64,000 nt of DNA from contig CAVPIW010000010.1 in assembly GCA_963705105.1 (NCBI GenBank), positions 160,001 to 224,000 on the forward strand, in the 5' to 3' direction. A model generated the notes under the pieces. That model did no database searches. It saw nothing but the letters and a program-made list of their open reading frames with translations, and was not told where the DNA came from. The stretch comes from an uncultured Nitrospiraceae bacterium. Lineage in GTDB: Bacteria > Nitrospirota > Thermodesulfovibrionia > Thermodesulfovibrionales > Dissulfurispiraceae. Position numbers and translations under genes: made by a program. Of the stretch, positions 1 through 8,962 are shown piece after piece (the stretch's first letter is position 1; each line of letters starts with the position of its first letter).

Positions 1-1
1 C

Positions 2-568
2 ATCTACCGGGCGAAATACGTCCCAGTCGGTGTCGACCAGATCCCCCACCTCGAGATTTCCCGGGAGATCGCGCGGAGGTTCAATCACTTCTACGGTGAA
101 GTCTTTCCCGAACCGGAGGGGCTCCTTACGGAGTTCCCGAAAGTGCCGGGGCTCGACGGCAGGAAGATGTCGAAGAGCTACGACAACGCAGTCTACCTGA
201 GCGACCCGCCGGAGGTGGCGGAGCAGAAAATCAGGACCATGATGACCGACCCCGCCCGGAAGAGGAGGACCGATCCCGGAGATCCGGAACTCTCTCCCGT
301 TTTCCAGCTCCACAAGATCTTCTCGTCTCCGGAGGAGATCGAAGAAGTCGCCCACGGGTGCCGGACCGCCGGCATCGGGTGCATTGACTGTAAGAAGATC
401 CTGATCCGGAACGTCTTTACCGCCCTCGAGCCGATCTGGCAGAAGCGGAGGGAGCTCCTCGACAGACCGGATATCCTCGTCTCGATCATCGAGGAAGGCA
501 CGAGAAAGGCCTCCGCTGTCGCGGAGCAGACGATGCTGCTCGTCCGAAAGGCGATGGGATTGATATAG
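2..568 (+). CDS. trpS: Tryptophan--tRNA ligase, C-terminal part (runs off window start)
   Basis: Frame from base 2 reads IYRAKYVPVGVDQIPHLE...; class I KMSKS motif in MPGLDGRKMSKS; GCIDCK anticodon-domain motif. Confidence 0.95.
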   Translation: MYRAKYVPVGVDQIPHLEISREIARRFNHFYGEVFPEPEGLLTEFPKVPGLDGRKMSKSYDNAVYLSDPPEVAEQKIRTMMTDPARKRRTDPGDPELSPVFQLHKIFSSPEEIEEVAHGCRTAGIGCIDCKKILIRNVFTALEPIWQKRRELLDRPDILVSIIEEGTRKASAVAEQTMLLVRKAMGLI

Positions 569-1038
569 AAGTAGTCGGCCAACTTCTGTGATCTCCGGCT
601 TCACCTGTGCTCGCAATCCCACGCAGGAATGAATGTCTGACCCATATCCTGCTTCTGTGAAGTCATTCCCCGAAGGTCGCAGCAGGATTCTTGCCCTGAT
701 GGGTTGCGGAGTTCTCCTGCAGGCTGTTCAAGGCCGCTTCTAATCGCTCACCTCGATTCCTTCCGAGAGTCCGCAGCGAATGATGTTCGTAGGATGATGC
801 GTGGGTTTGACAGGAAGACGCACAAACGAAGGCCCGACAATCCGGCGAAGTTCAAACGGAAATCGTCTCAAGCGAAGCCCAGTTCCTCTGCACCCTGCGG
901 CAATGAAGAACCAATCTCACCGCTATCAAGCTATAACATCAATCTCATGCTTGACGGCATGTGATCATATCTCATCGATGCTGCCATACAATTGAATCAT
1001 GCAGACCCCCGGCAAGTTCACCGCAAGGAGGTGTCATC

Positions 1039-1878
1039 ATGACCGTTCGAGACGCCGTCGAACTCTTCAGAAAGCATCAGACAATAGCCGTCAAAAAGAG
1101 CACCCGGAAAAACTACAGGGGATTCTTGGATCAGCTTCAGACTTCATTGTCGGACAGGGAGGTCGACTCCCTGTCGCCCGATGAGATCAGCCGGTTCCTG
1201 GAAGCATGCACCGAGGGACTGAACAGATCCACCCGGCATCTGCGTTATGCCCAGCTCAAGGCCTTCTTCAACTACGTCATCGACGTGACAGGGACAAACA
1301 TCAAGAACCCCTGTTCGGCCCCACTGGTCCTGAAGGCCTTCAGGAACGTCCCCCATAAGCCCCGTAAGATCCTGGACAAGGAGACGGTGGACGAGATCAT
1401 CTTCAACTCCACAAACACGAGAGACCGTCTCATCCTGGAGCTTCAGGCACGGTGCGGCCTGCGGGTCGGCGAAGTGCTGAACCTCAGGGTCTCGGACCTT
1501 TCGGGCAGAAAGATCCTCATCCAGGACCCGAAGTCGGGCAGGGACACGGAGGTCGCCTTCATGCCGGAGCATATCGCGGCGAGGTTGGCGGACTATGCTG
1601 CAAGCCAGAAACGCTCTTCTGACGACCGTGTCTTCCGTGTCGGTTACACGACGGTCAGAAACCTGGTGACGAGACTCGGCATGAAGCTGAATGTGAAGAT
1701 ATCGCCCCACGACCTGCGCCGGCATTCAGCCACCTATGCCAGCAGGAACGGGGTCCCTCTGGAGATCATCTCCAAGGTCATCCTCCGTCATCAGGACCTG
1801 AAGACCACGCAGGTCTACCTGGGGAAGATCAGCGATTCCGAGGCGATTAGATGGATGGACATCCTGCATGGCAGGTAG
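1039..1878 (+). CDS. Tyrosine recombinase/integrase (XerD-like)
   Basis: Catalytic set intact: CGLRVGE (R), HDLRR (HxxR), LRHQ (H), TQVY (Y); AGGAGG RBS before ATG 1039. Confidence 0.9.
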   Translation: MTVRDAVELFRKHQTIAVKKSTRKNYRGFLDQLQTSLSDREVDSLSPDEISRFLEACTEGLNRSTRHLRYAQLKAFFNYVIDVTGTNIKNPCSAPLVLKAFRNVPHKPRKILDKETVDEIIFNSTNTRDRLILELQARCGLRVGEVLNLRVSDLSGRKILIQDPKSGRDTEVAFMPEHIAARLADYAASQKRSSDDRVFRVGYTTVRNLVTRLGMKLNVKISPHDLRRHSATYASRNGVPLEIISKVILRHQDLKTTQVYLGKISDSEAIRWMDILHGR

Positions 1879-1929
1879 GATTGTGAACTGACCAATAATG
1901 ACAATGACCTTCGGGGGTCTGTAATCTCT

Positions 1930-2315
1930 TGAAGGAAGCCGTACTGCCAAAGCGAGGCGGACATACGAACCAGGCAGCATCTGATGGAGCGTTCTTTTGC
2001 GAGGGGACGCGATACGGGTTTGATCAAACGAGGTGGCGGGGGCTGTGGCGAATGCAGATACAGGAGTATCTGACCTGTGCGATTCAGAACATCCAGCTAC
2101 TGATCGGCAAAGCCGCTAAACCGAAGAGAACGGCGGCAGCAAAAGCATTGGCAGTGGACACTGCCCGTACGAAGGCGATCCGGTCTCTGATTGTGGCTGT
2201 CCTTGCTGCATATTATGGACAGCGTGCCTGCCTCCGAGCATTATCACGGAAGAAGTGAAGTCGGGGGCTATTGTTGAAATCGATCCGAAAAACTCGTTTT
2301 GGGCAACAGCCCGTC
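1930..2315 (+). mobile_element. Frameshifted C-terminal remnant and right end of an IS1182/IS5-like DDE transposase
   Basis: Across frameshifts reads RQHLMERSFA...RYGFDQTRWRGLWRMQIQEYLTCAIQNIQLL, typical of this transposase C-terminus; followed by TTTTGGGCAACAGCCC end-like sequence near 2297-2312. Confidence 0.6.
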
Positions 2316-2385
2316 AATGGGTGACCCCCTTTTCCCTGCTCCTGTCGTACTGCTTTGCACGTGGTGTCGCTCGTGAAAAGGTCAA

Positions 2386-2408
2386 TCAATAAATACGGGG
2401 GTTGTCCC
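2386..2408. repeat. Left copy of an inverted repeat bracketing the RHS/amidase cassette
   Basis: TCAATAAATACGGGGGTTGTCCC; equals the reverse complement of 4217-4238 apart from one inserted C. Confidence 0.75.
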
Positions 2409-2433
2409 GGATTGCCCGCCCTATCTAGTGGAC

Positions 2434-3153
2434 TCAATTTCCCTGATCGAAGTCGTCAAGAAAACATTTAATACCTTCAAAGATACCCTTAGCCATCTTC
2501 TCTTGATTGGCAAGATTAGTCATAAATTCCCTATCGTCTCTATTTGTCATGAAACCAATCATAACAACAACTGATGGCATATCTGTCTCAAGCAGAGTCT
2601 TAAACAGACCATTCTTGATCCCCCTATCATGTAGACCTACTACCTTGTTGATGCTTCTTTGAAGTGACTCAGCAAGTTTCCTACTGCCACTGTCCCTCTT
2701 GTTGCTTGCCAAGTCCTTAAGGAATTGTCTTAGTTCGGGTCGAGACTGCAGCGAATGCGGCTTAGAATCAATAATAACGTGGGGCTCCGCTTCAATTCTT
2801 GGGGGCGTGTATATTTCAAATCCCCTCGCCACAGCCATCTTTGCACTATTAATCCCTATACTTACAAATACTGCACCCTTATTGATGCTAGCAATCTCTA
2901 TTTTTCTTTCCGGCTCCACCAATGTATCATCGTTGCGGGTGTAGATAACCTTTTGTCCGGATTTCAACAATAATTCCCCCACCTCTTTGGCTATTCTTAA
3001 GGTTATCTGTTTCGAGAAGAAGGTTTGATATTTTGGTCCATAATCCTTTCCCCCATATAGGGGGTCAATTATAATTGTTTGCTCGGAAGATGCCGTCGAG
3101 GAAATGAGAATAGCAACAAATACAATTATAATACTAACAATTGTCCTAATCAT
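2434..3153 (-). CDS. Exported N-acetylmuramoyl-L-alanine amidase (Amidase_3) fold protein lacking catalytic residues
   Basis: Signal peptide; motifs IIIDPLYGGKD, YTRNDD, FVSIGIN, GFEIY, VVMIGFMTN align with Amidase_3 but Zn ligands and catalytic Glu are substituted; AT-rich relative to flanks. Confidence 0.75.
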   Translation of the reverse strand: MIRTIVSIIIVFVAILISSTASSEQTIIIDPLYGGKDYGPKYQTFFSKQITLRIAKEVGELLLKSGQKVIYTRNDDTLVEPERKIEIASINKGAVFVSIGINSAKMAVARGFEIYTPPRIEAEPHVIIDSKPHSLQSRPELRQFLKDLASNKRDSGSRKLAESLQRSINKVVGLHDRGIKNGLFKTLLETDMPSVVVMIGFMTNRDDREFMTNLANQEKMAKGIFEGIKCFLDDFDQGN

Positions 3154-3167
3154 GTTATCTCATCGAC

Positions 3168-4208
3168 CTAATGGTTATAAAGCCATTCACCCATTTCGCA
3201 CGTAATTATAATTGAAGAATCGTATTCTGATAGTCTTACGTTCTTCTTGCCCCTCTTCACTTTTACTGTACAATGGTAGTAACATTTCAGTCTACATGGA
3301 CACTCCAACTTCTCTGTCTTTGTTAGAACGCATTTTCCCTCTCCTTTATACACAGCTCCTCGACTGTCATCCCGAGCTTTAACAGGCCAAGATGTCCATC
3401 GCGGACATGTAGGGGTTAAACCCATCGGGTCCACAAGGTTCACAGGATCATTGTCAGCATATGAATAGAGGTTAATCGAACCTCTGTCTAACCCAATTGG
3501 GTCTTCGCTGATATACCTCCCGATCTCCGCCTTGTAATCCCTGTGCCAATTCTGGTGGAGCCCTGTTTCTTGGTCAAAGTATTGACCCGGGAACCGGATG
3601 TTGTTCGTTTCGGTGCCGGTGATCGACATCGGCTCTCCGAAGGGCATGAAATCTCCCTCCCACACCTTGGCGCCGGTAGTGTCCGTCATGATCATCGGCG
3701 TACCGAGGTGGTCGGTGTGATAGAAAGACAGATTGTCTCCTTCGATCTTTCCGATAGGCTGTCCGTTCATATACACATACTCCGCCGTGATCGTCCCGTC
3801 TGCCGCGGATTCCGCTATGAGACTGCCCTGCAGGTCGTAGTGGTACAGGGTCGTCTGCTGCCCGACTGTCTTCTTCACCCTCTGACCTTTTGCGTTATAG
3901 ACGTATTCACCGAGTATGCTTGTTCCTTCCATCGCCCTGATCAGTCTCTGATTCTGATTATAGACGAACTGCCTCTGGTTTTCCATGACGGTGTTTCCAT
4001 TGGTATCGTATGAGAAGGAGAAGGTCTTCGCTCCCGTGGATGATGTGAGCTTGTTGGCGGTATAGGTATAGCTCGTTGTGGAAGCATTCATCGACTCCGT
4101 CGTCCTGTTGCCGACGGGATCGTAGCCGTACTGGAGGCTTCCCCAGGGTCCGGTCGCCTGGGTCAGGCGATACAGGGGATCATAGACGAAGGATTTCGCC
4201 TTTGCGAT
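3168..4208 (-). CDS. Orphan (5'-truncated) RHS repeat core with Cys-rich C-terminal toxin domain
   Basis: YD repeats, FYHTDHLGTP, RFPGQYFDQETGL, DPIG...NLYSYADNDPVNLVDPMGL; frame stays open upstream of Met 4091 to a TAA at 4209-4211 with no full N-terminus. Confidence 0.9.
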   Translation of the reverse strand: MAKAKSFVYDPLYRLTQATGPWGSLQYGYDPVGNRTTESMNASTTSYTYTANKLTSSTGAKTFSFSYDTNGNTVMENQRQFVYNQNQRLIRAMEGTSILGEYVYNAKGQRVKKTVGQQTTLYHYDLQGSLIAESAADGTITAEYVYMNGQPIGKIEGDNLSFYHTDHLGTPMIMTDTTGAKVWEGDFMPFGEPMSITGTETNNIRFPGQYFDQETGLHQNWHRDYKAEIGRYISEDPIGLDRGSINLYSYADNDPVNLVDPMGLTPTCPRWTSWPVKARDDSRGAVYKGEGKCVLTKTEKLECPCRLKCYYHCTVKVKRGKKNVRLSEYDSSIIITCEMGEWLYNH

Positions 4209-4216
4209 TTAAAAGA

Positions 4217-4238
4217 GGGACAACCCCCTATTTATTGA
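4217..4238. repeat. Right copy of the inverted repeat bracketing the RHS/amidase cassette
   Basis: GGGACAACCCCCTATTTATTGA, 8 bp beyond the RHS truncation point. Confidence 0.75.
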
Positions 4239-4359
4239 CAATGCTCGTCGCATGTTCGTTCTGCTGACGACATATTGCACTGAGACAGGATCGAGGGGAC
4301 GTTCTTCCCTGACGCGCAGATATCCCCGGATAAGGCCTGTCCCGGCATAGACCGGGAAC

Positions 4360-4601
4360 GCGTGAACTGTCCGTTCACAACCGCCGCATTTGCCCTATTC
4401 CCTGAACCTGCGGGCTTTGTTGTGTTGTGCCCAACTCGCCTGGGGACTGAGCCTTGTATGCGGTTTCTGTTCCCCGGATCAAGTCCGGGGCAGGCTCTTG
4501 CCTTCGGCTCGTACTTGTGATAGCATCCATTAGTATGAACACTCTCAGGTTCTCGTACAGGGGACTTTTACCCCATGAGCTCACGCCCATGGCGGGCGTA
4601 T
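4360..4601 (-). mobile_element. Group IIC intron 5' fragment (domain I only, no reverse transcriptase ORF)
   Basis: Minus strand starts (A)TACGCCCGCCATGGGCGTGAGCTCATGGGGTAAAAGTCCC and contains AGCCGAAGGCAAG, GAACAGAAACCGCATACAAGGC and GCAAATGCGGCGGTTGTG, resembling conserved IIC domain I segments. Confidence 0.65.
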
Positions 4602-4671
4602 ATAAATTGATGGAGCCGACTCCTTACACTCGAACAGATGCCCTTCGGGCACTGCTCAGCATCGCATTAAC
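4602..4671 (+). other. Degenerate attC-like site at the intron insertion point
   Basis: ATAAATTGATGGAGCCGAC...internal hairpin TGCCC-TTC-GGGCA...GCTCAGCATCGCATTAAC; L-box-like ATGGAGCC/GCTCA pair, core sites imperfect. Confidence 0.4.
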
Positions 4672-4686
4672 ATGACGAGGCTTTGT

Positions 4687-4965
4687 ATGAAAATGACCTT
4701 TGAATGGGATGAAACCAAAGCACGAGAGAACTTCAGAAAACACAAAGTGTCTTTTGAAGAGGGTAAGACGGTCTTCAATGACCCCTTCCTGTTTACCTAC
4801 CCGGACATCGATAGTTCCGACACTGAGGAGCGATATATCAATATCGGATTATCCGCCAAGAACCGCATTCTCGTTTTGATTCATGCGGAGAGACAGAGTA
4901 AAATACGTATCATCAGCTGCCGCAAAGCAACGGCGCGTGAGAGGAGACACTATGAAGAAGGCTAA
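4687..4965 (+). CDS. BrnT family toxin (type II TA)
   Basis: FEWDETKARENFRKHKVSFEE...EERY..IG...RIISCRKATARERRHY. Confidence 0.9.
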   Translation: MKMTFEWDETKARENFRKHKVSFEEGKTVFNDPFLFTYPDIDSSDTEERYINIGLSAKNRILVLIHAERQSKIRIISCRKATARERRHYEEG

Positions 4966-5257
4966 GACTGAAGGGCCGACAACAATAGAAGAGATGAGAG
5001 GAGAATATGACTTTTCTTCCATGAAGGGCGACGTGCGGGGCAAGTACTATGAAGCATATCGAGCGGGCCATAAGGTCGTCATTCATAAAGAAGACGGCAC
5101 GGACTCCGTTCAATACTTCAAACTCGAAGATGGGGCAGTCATGCTTGAGCCGGACGTAAGGAAGTACTTCCCCACTTCTGACGCGGTTAATAAGGCACTC
5201 AGATTATTGATCGAGATTGTTCCGGCAAGGAAGCGTGCATCCGGCCATCGGAAATGA
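4952..5257 (+). CDS. BrnA-like antitoxin
   Basis: Overlaps brnT; EMRGEYDFS...RGKYY...LEPDVRKYFPTSDAVNKALRLL. Confidence 0.8.
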   Translation: MKKAKTEGPTTIEEMRGEYDFSSMKGDVRGKYYEAYRAGHKVVIHKEDGTDSVQYFKLEDGAVMLEPDVRKYFPTSDAVNKALRLLIEIVPARKRASGHRK

Positions 5258-5627
5258 CACGACCGCATAATCATCCATGCACCGTTTCTGCATGAAATGA
5301 CCCCTGTCTCCCTGTGATAGCCATGTTCTGACGTCTGAAGGAGTGATGCTGTTATCCGCGACAGCCCCCCCCGCAAAAGTCCCAACCGAAAATCTTAATC
5401 CCAGTCAGACAGCGCACAGGGCGTGCTTGTGGCTGAAGTCGGCACAGCCTCGATCACCGACTGTTTCTCGATGATAGTATCAGGAGGCGGGATGGTTTTC
5501 AGGATTCCGTTGAAGCTTCGTGGGAACATCAAGATAGGGGTGGTAATGTCCAGAGGAGAGCATCGGAGAGGTCAAACTCGCCAGCCGGCACTCAAACCTG
5601 AGCCACGCTCTTCCTGACGGACACCCT

Positions 5628-6848
5628 TTACTGGCGCGATCCGTCATCCCCCTCGGACGGGTGGTGCGGGAGCGCGCTTTTTATCCCCGCCCCTTCCAGA
5701 GCGGCACGTATCTCTTCCCCGTGCTGCACGCCCCTTGTCTCGACAGTCACGTCCACAAGGGTCTTCCCAATGGGGATGCCCCGGACGAGGGGATCGTGGA
5801 TGATATTCAGGATGTTGCCGTTTCGGGAGGCGATGATGCCCGTCAGCCGGTGAAGGCTGCCGGGCGCGTCGTCGACGATGACACTGAATTCCGTGATCCT
5901 GCCGCTCGATACGAGCCCCCGGTGGATGATGCGGTCGATGAGGGTGAAATCGATATTCCCGCCGCTCAACAGGAGGACGACCCGCTTCCCCTGAAATCGC
6001 CCGCCCTGTTCCAGCAGGAGAGCGAGGGGCGTCGCTCCCGCACCCTCGACGACGAGCTTCTTCCTCTCCAGCAGGAGCAGAACGGCGACGGCGATGGATT
6101 CCTCGCTCACAGTGAGGATGTCATCGACGACACGGCGCATGACATCGAGGGTCAGCGCTCCCACCCTGCCGACGGCGATACCGTCCGCAATGGTCGTCTG
6201 GGGGTGCACGTCCCGCACTGTGCCCTCGTGAAAAGAATCCCGGGCGGAGGTGGCCGAGACGGTCTGGACCCCGATGACTTCCGTTGCCGGCGACAGGGCC
6301 TTGACTGCTGTGGCGACTCCCGCAATAAGCCCTCCCCCTCCGACGGGCACGATGACAACATCGGGCCTTTCCAGGTCGGCGAGAATCTCAATGCCGGCCG
6401 TTCCCTGGCCGGCAATGATCGCCCTGTCATCGAAGGCATGAATGAAGGTGAACCCCTCCTGTGACTGCGCATGGTCAAGGGCATCCTGAAAGCTCTCTCC
6501 GTGAAGGATCACATCGGCCCCGTATCCCCGTGTCGCTTCCTGTTTGACGATCGAAGACGTAACGGGCATGACGATCCTGGCCCCGATGCCCAGAGACTGT
6601 GCCGCATAGGCGACTCCCTGGGCATGATTGCCCATTGATGCGGCGATGACCCTTCCGGGGCGCTCCGTCACCAGCTTGTGGAACGCGCCCCTGACCTTGA
6701 AGGAACCCGTCTTCTGCAGGTTCTCGGCCTTGAGATACACCTGGGCCCCTGTGATCCTGCTCAGGGAGTTCGCATAGATCAGCGGCGTCCTGTTTATGTA
6801 TCCCCCGATATTGTCACGGGCCCGGTAGATCTCCTCCAGCGCAATCAC
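5628..6848 (-). CDS. ilvA: Threonine ammonia-lyase with C-terminal ACT domain
   Basis: KAENLQKTGSFKVRGA PLP-lysine motif, SMGNHAQG, VGGGGL, LSGGNID. Confidence 0.92.
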   Translation of the reverse strand: MIALEEIYRARDNIGGYINRTPLIYANSLSRITGAQVYLKAENLQKTGSFKVRGAFHKLVTERPGRVIAASMGNHAQGVAYAAQSLGIGARIVMPVTSSIVKQEATRGYGADVILHGESFQDALDHAQSQEGFTFIHAFDDRAIIAGQGTAGIEILADLERPDVVIVPVGGGGLIAGVATAVKALSPATEVIGVQTVSATSARDSFHEGTVRDVHPQTTIADGIAVGRVGALTLDVMRRVVDDILTVSEESIAVAVLLLLERKKLVVEGAGATPLALLLEQGGRFQGKRVVLLLSGGNIDFTLIDRIIHRGLVSSGRITEFSVIVDDAPGSLHRLTGIIASRNGNILNIIHDPLVRGIPIGKTLVDVTVETRGVQHGEEIRAALEGAGIKSALPHHPSEGDDGSRQ

Positions 6849-7699
6849 GATCGCCTCTTTGCCGCAGGTTTCACCTGTTTTTCGGTGGGCATGTCCAGAT
6901 TATGGACGATCTCCGCCCCGATAAGAAAGATGCAGGAGGAATAGAAAAGCCACAGGAGGAACATGACGAAAGCTGAAAGGGGGCCGTAAATCGTGCCGAG
7001 CCGCATGACCCGGACGACGTAGATCGTAAAGAGGTACTTCGCCGCCTCGAGAAAGATGGCGGTGAACAGGGATCCTGCGAAGGCGTGGACCAGGCGGACC
7101 CTCTTTTTCGGCAGGAGGAGATAGATCGTCGTCAAAGTGAGCAGGCTGAGGGCGAGGGGACCCACGAAGGCAATGAGAAAGGCCGTCACCGCCCCGATCT
7201 GGAACCCCGGGAAATATTCGGGGAGGTCCATGAGCATGTTGACGACCGATGTGGCGGCGAAGGAAAGGATGATGAAGACGATGATGAGCGTCATGAAAAG
7301 GACGGACAGAATGATGGACACGATGAAGTGTCTCTTCGTCTTGGTCTTGAAAATCACGTTGATCGCCGATTCCATGGACGAAAAGAGCTGGTACGACAGC
7401 AGGGCATAGAGACCAAAGGAATAGGGGCCGATGACCCTGTAGGTGATGAGTTTTTTCAGTTCCTGGGTGATCTTGGACGTGATGTCGGGGAAATAACTCA
7501 TGAGCTTTGCAGCGAAGAACCGGAAGATTTCGTCATGCTCACCGAGGAAATAACCGAAGACGGTCACGAAGAAGATGCAGAAGGGAACGATGGCCATCAT
7601 GTAAAAGAACGACATCGAGCCGGCGAGCATGAGCCCGCCGTCCCGGAAAAAGTCGATGAAACTCCGGCCTATGATCCGCGGGTAGCGATCAAGACCCAT
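6845..7699 (-). CDS. YihY/virulence factor BrkB family membrane protein
   Basis: About six TM segments; C-terminal IYGPLSAFVMFLLWLFYSSCIFLIGAEI signature. Confidence 0.85.
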   Translation of the reverse strand: MGLDRYPRIIGRSFIDFFRDGGLMLAGSMSFFYMMAIVPFCIFFVTVFGYFLGEHDEIFRFFAAKLMSYFPDITSKITQELKKLITYRVIGPYSFGLYALLSYQLFSSMESAINVIFKTKTKRHFIVSIILSVLFMTLIIVFIILSFAATSVVNMLMDLPEYFPGFQIGAVTAFLIAFVGPLALSLLTLTTIYLLLPKKRVRLVHAFAGSLFTAIFLEAAKYLFTIYVVRVMRLGTIYGPLSAFVMFLLWLFYSSCIFLIGAEIVHNLDMPTEKQVKPAAKRRS

Positions 7700-7757
7700 G
7701 GGTCATTCCGGAATGAAGATCAGGAGGCGCCGATCTCATGTTCCCAAACGCAGGAAA

Positions 7758-8128
7758 TGAACCTTGCAGGTGCACGAAAGGGCGGGACAAAGCGCTCTGA
7801 AAACAGTGACAGTGTGAGTGTCAGTGTCACTGCCGCTGCCGCTGCCTCCGGGAAGGCAGATATGGTTCAAAGCCTTTCCAATGCGATGATGAGACATCTC
7901 CAGGTGTTCAGCGTCTGTTGCCTGACGGGCTTTTTGTATCAATAGACACGGCAAAGTGTGGTCCGGTGATGAATAAGGTATCTTAGCGGAAAGGCTTTTC
8001 ACCACATCAGCCTTCCCTTCGCGCGTGTTTGTCATCAGGATCCTGTTTGTTGTCTACTGTCTACTGTCTAAATTTTCGTGGCATCTTCGCCCCGCCTTTC
8101 CGGAGGGAGCACGCAACGATCAGGTAAA
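7758..8128. repeat. Modular intergenic repeat; its core (7845-8018) is an inverted copy of 60727-60900
   Basis: Shared GGGAAGGCAGATATGGTTCAAAGCCTTTCCAATGCGATGATGAGAC...GGCTTTTCACCACATCAGCCTTCCC; also CAGTGT hexamer and TGTCTAC heptamer runs. Confidence 0.8.
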
Positions 8129-8962
8129 TCACGACATGTCAAGTTTGAGGAATAATTCGAGGAGCCGGTCGAGCTCGTCGAGAGAATAGTACTCGATCTC
8201 GATCCTTCCGCGCTTCTTCCCGTGATGCAGCCGCACCTTCGTTCCCAGGGAGCGGGTCAGCCTCTGTTCGAGGTCCTCCACTTCAGGGGTCTTCCCGGGC
8301 CTCGTTTTCGTCTTTCCGCCCGTGAATTTCCTGCAGAATGTCTCTGCAGCCCTCACGCTGAGGGCGCGTTTGACGATCTCCCTGGCGGCGTCGATCTGCC
8401 TCTTCTGCCCTTCCAGGCTGAGGATGACCTTTGCGTGACCGATGGAGAGGCGGTCTTCGTTGATCAGCGTCCTCACCTCTTCAGGCAGCCTGAGAATGCG
8501 TATGTAATTGGCAACGGTCGCCCTGTCCTTTCCGACACGGGCCGACAGGTTCTCCTGGGTCATGCCGTAGTCGCTGACAAGTCTCTGGAAGGCCTCGGCG
8601 GTCTCGATCGGGTTGAGATCTTCCCTCTGGATGTTTTCGATCAGGGCGATCTCGATGGCGTCCTGCGACGAGACGTCCTTAATAAAGGCCGGGATTGTCT
8701 TCAACCCCGCCCGCGTCGCGGCCCGCCAACGCCGCTCCCCTGCTATGAGCTGAAAGGCGCCGTCTCCGAGGCTCGAGACGATGACAGGCTGGAGGATCCC
8801 CTTTTCACGGATGGACTGGGTGAGGTCCTCGATGGACCCGTCGTCAAAGCGCTTCCGGGGCTGGTCACCGCTGGGGCGGATCTTCCCGATGTCGATCTGT
8901 ACAACCTCTTCTCCCCTTTCGGGGAGGAGCGCCTCAAGCCCGCGGCCTAACGCTGTTTTCAT
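8129..8962 (-). CDS. parB: Chromosome partitioning protein ParB
   Basis: ALGRGLEAL N-terminus, QPRKRF, IAGERRWRA, ALIENIQREDLNPIE. Confidence 0.95.
   Translation of the reverse strand: MKTALGRGLEALLPERGEEVVQIDIGKIRPSGDQPRKRFDDGSIEDLTQSIREKGILQPVIVSSLGDGAFQLIAGERRWRAATRAGLKTIPAFIKDVSSQDAIEIALIENIQREDLNPIETAEAFQRLVSDYGMTQENLSARVGKDRATVANYIRILRLPEEVRTLINEDRLSIGHAKVILSLEGQKRQIDAAREIVKRALSVRAAETFCRKFTGGKTKTRPGKTPEVEDLEQRLTRSLGTKVRLHHGKKRGRIEIEYYSLDELDRLLELFLKLDMS

Noticed and set aside
1039..1878. Integron integrase IntI or prophage integrase
   Set aside because: Protein is 279 aa with no evident IntI-specific insertion before the HxxR motif, and no phage genes are nearby.
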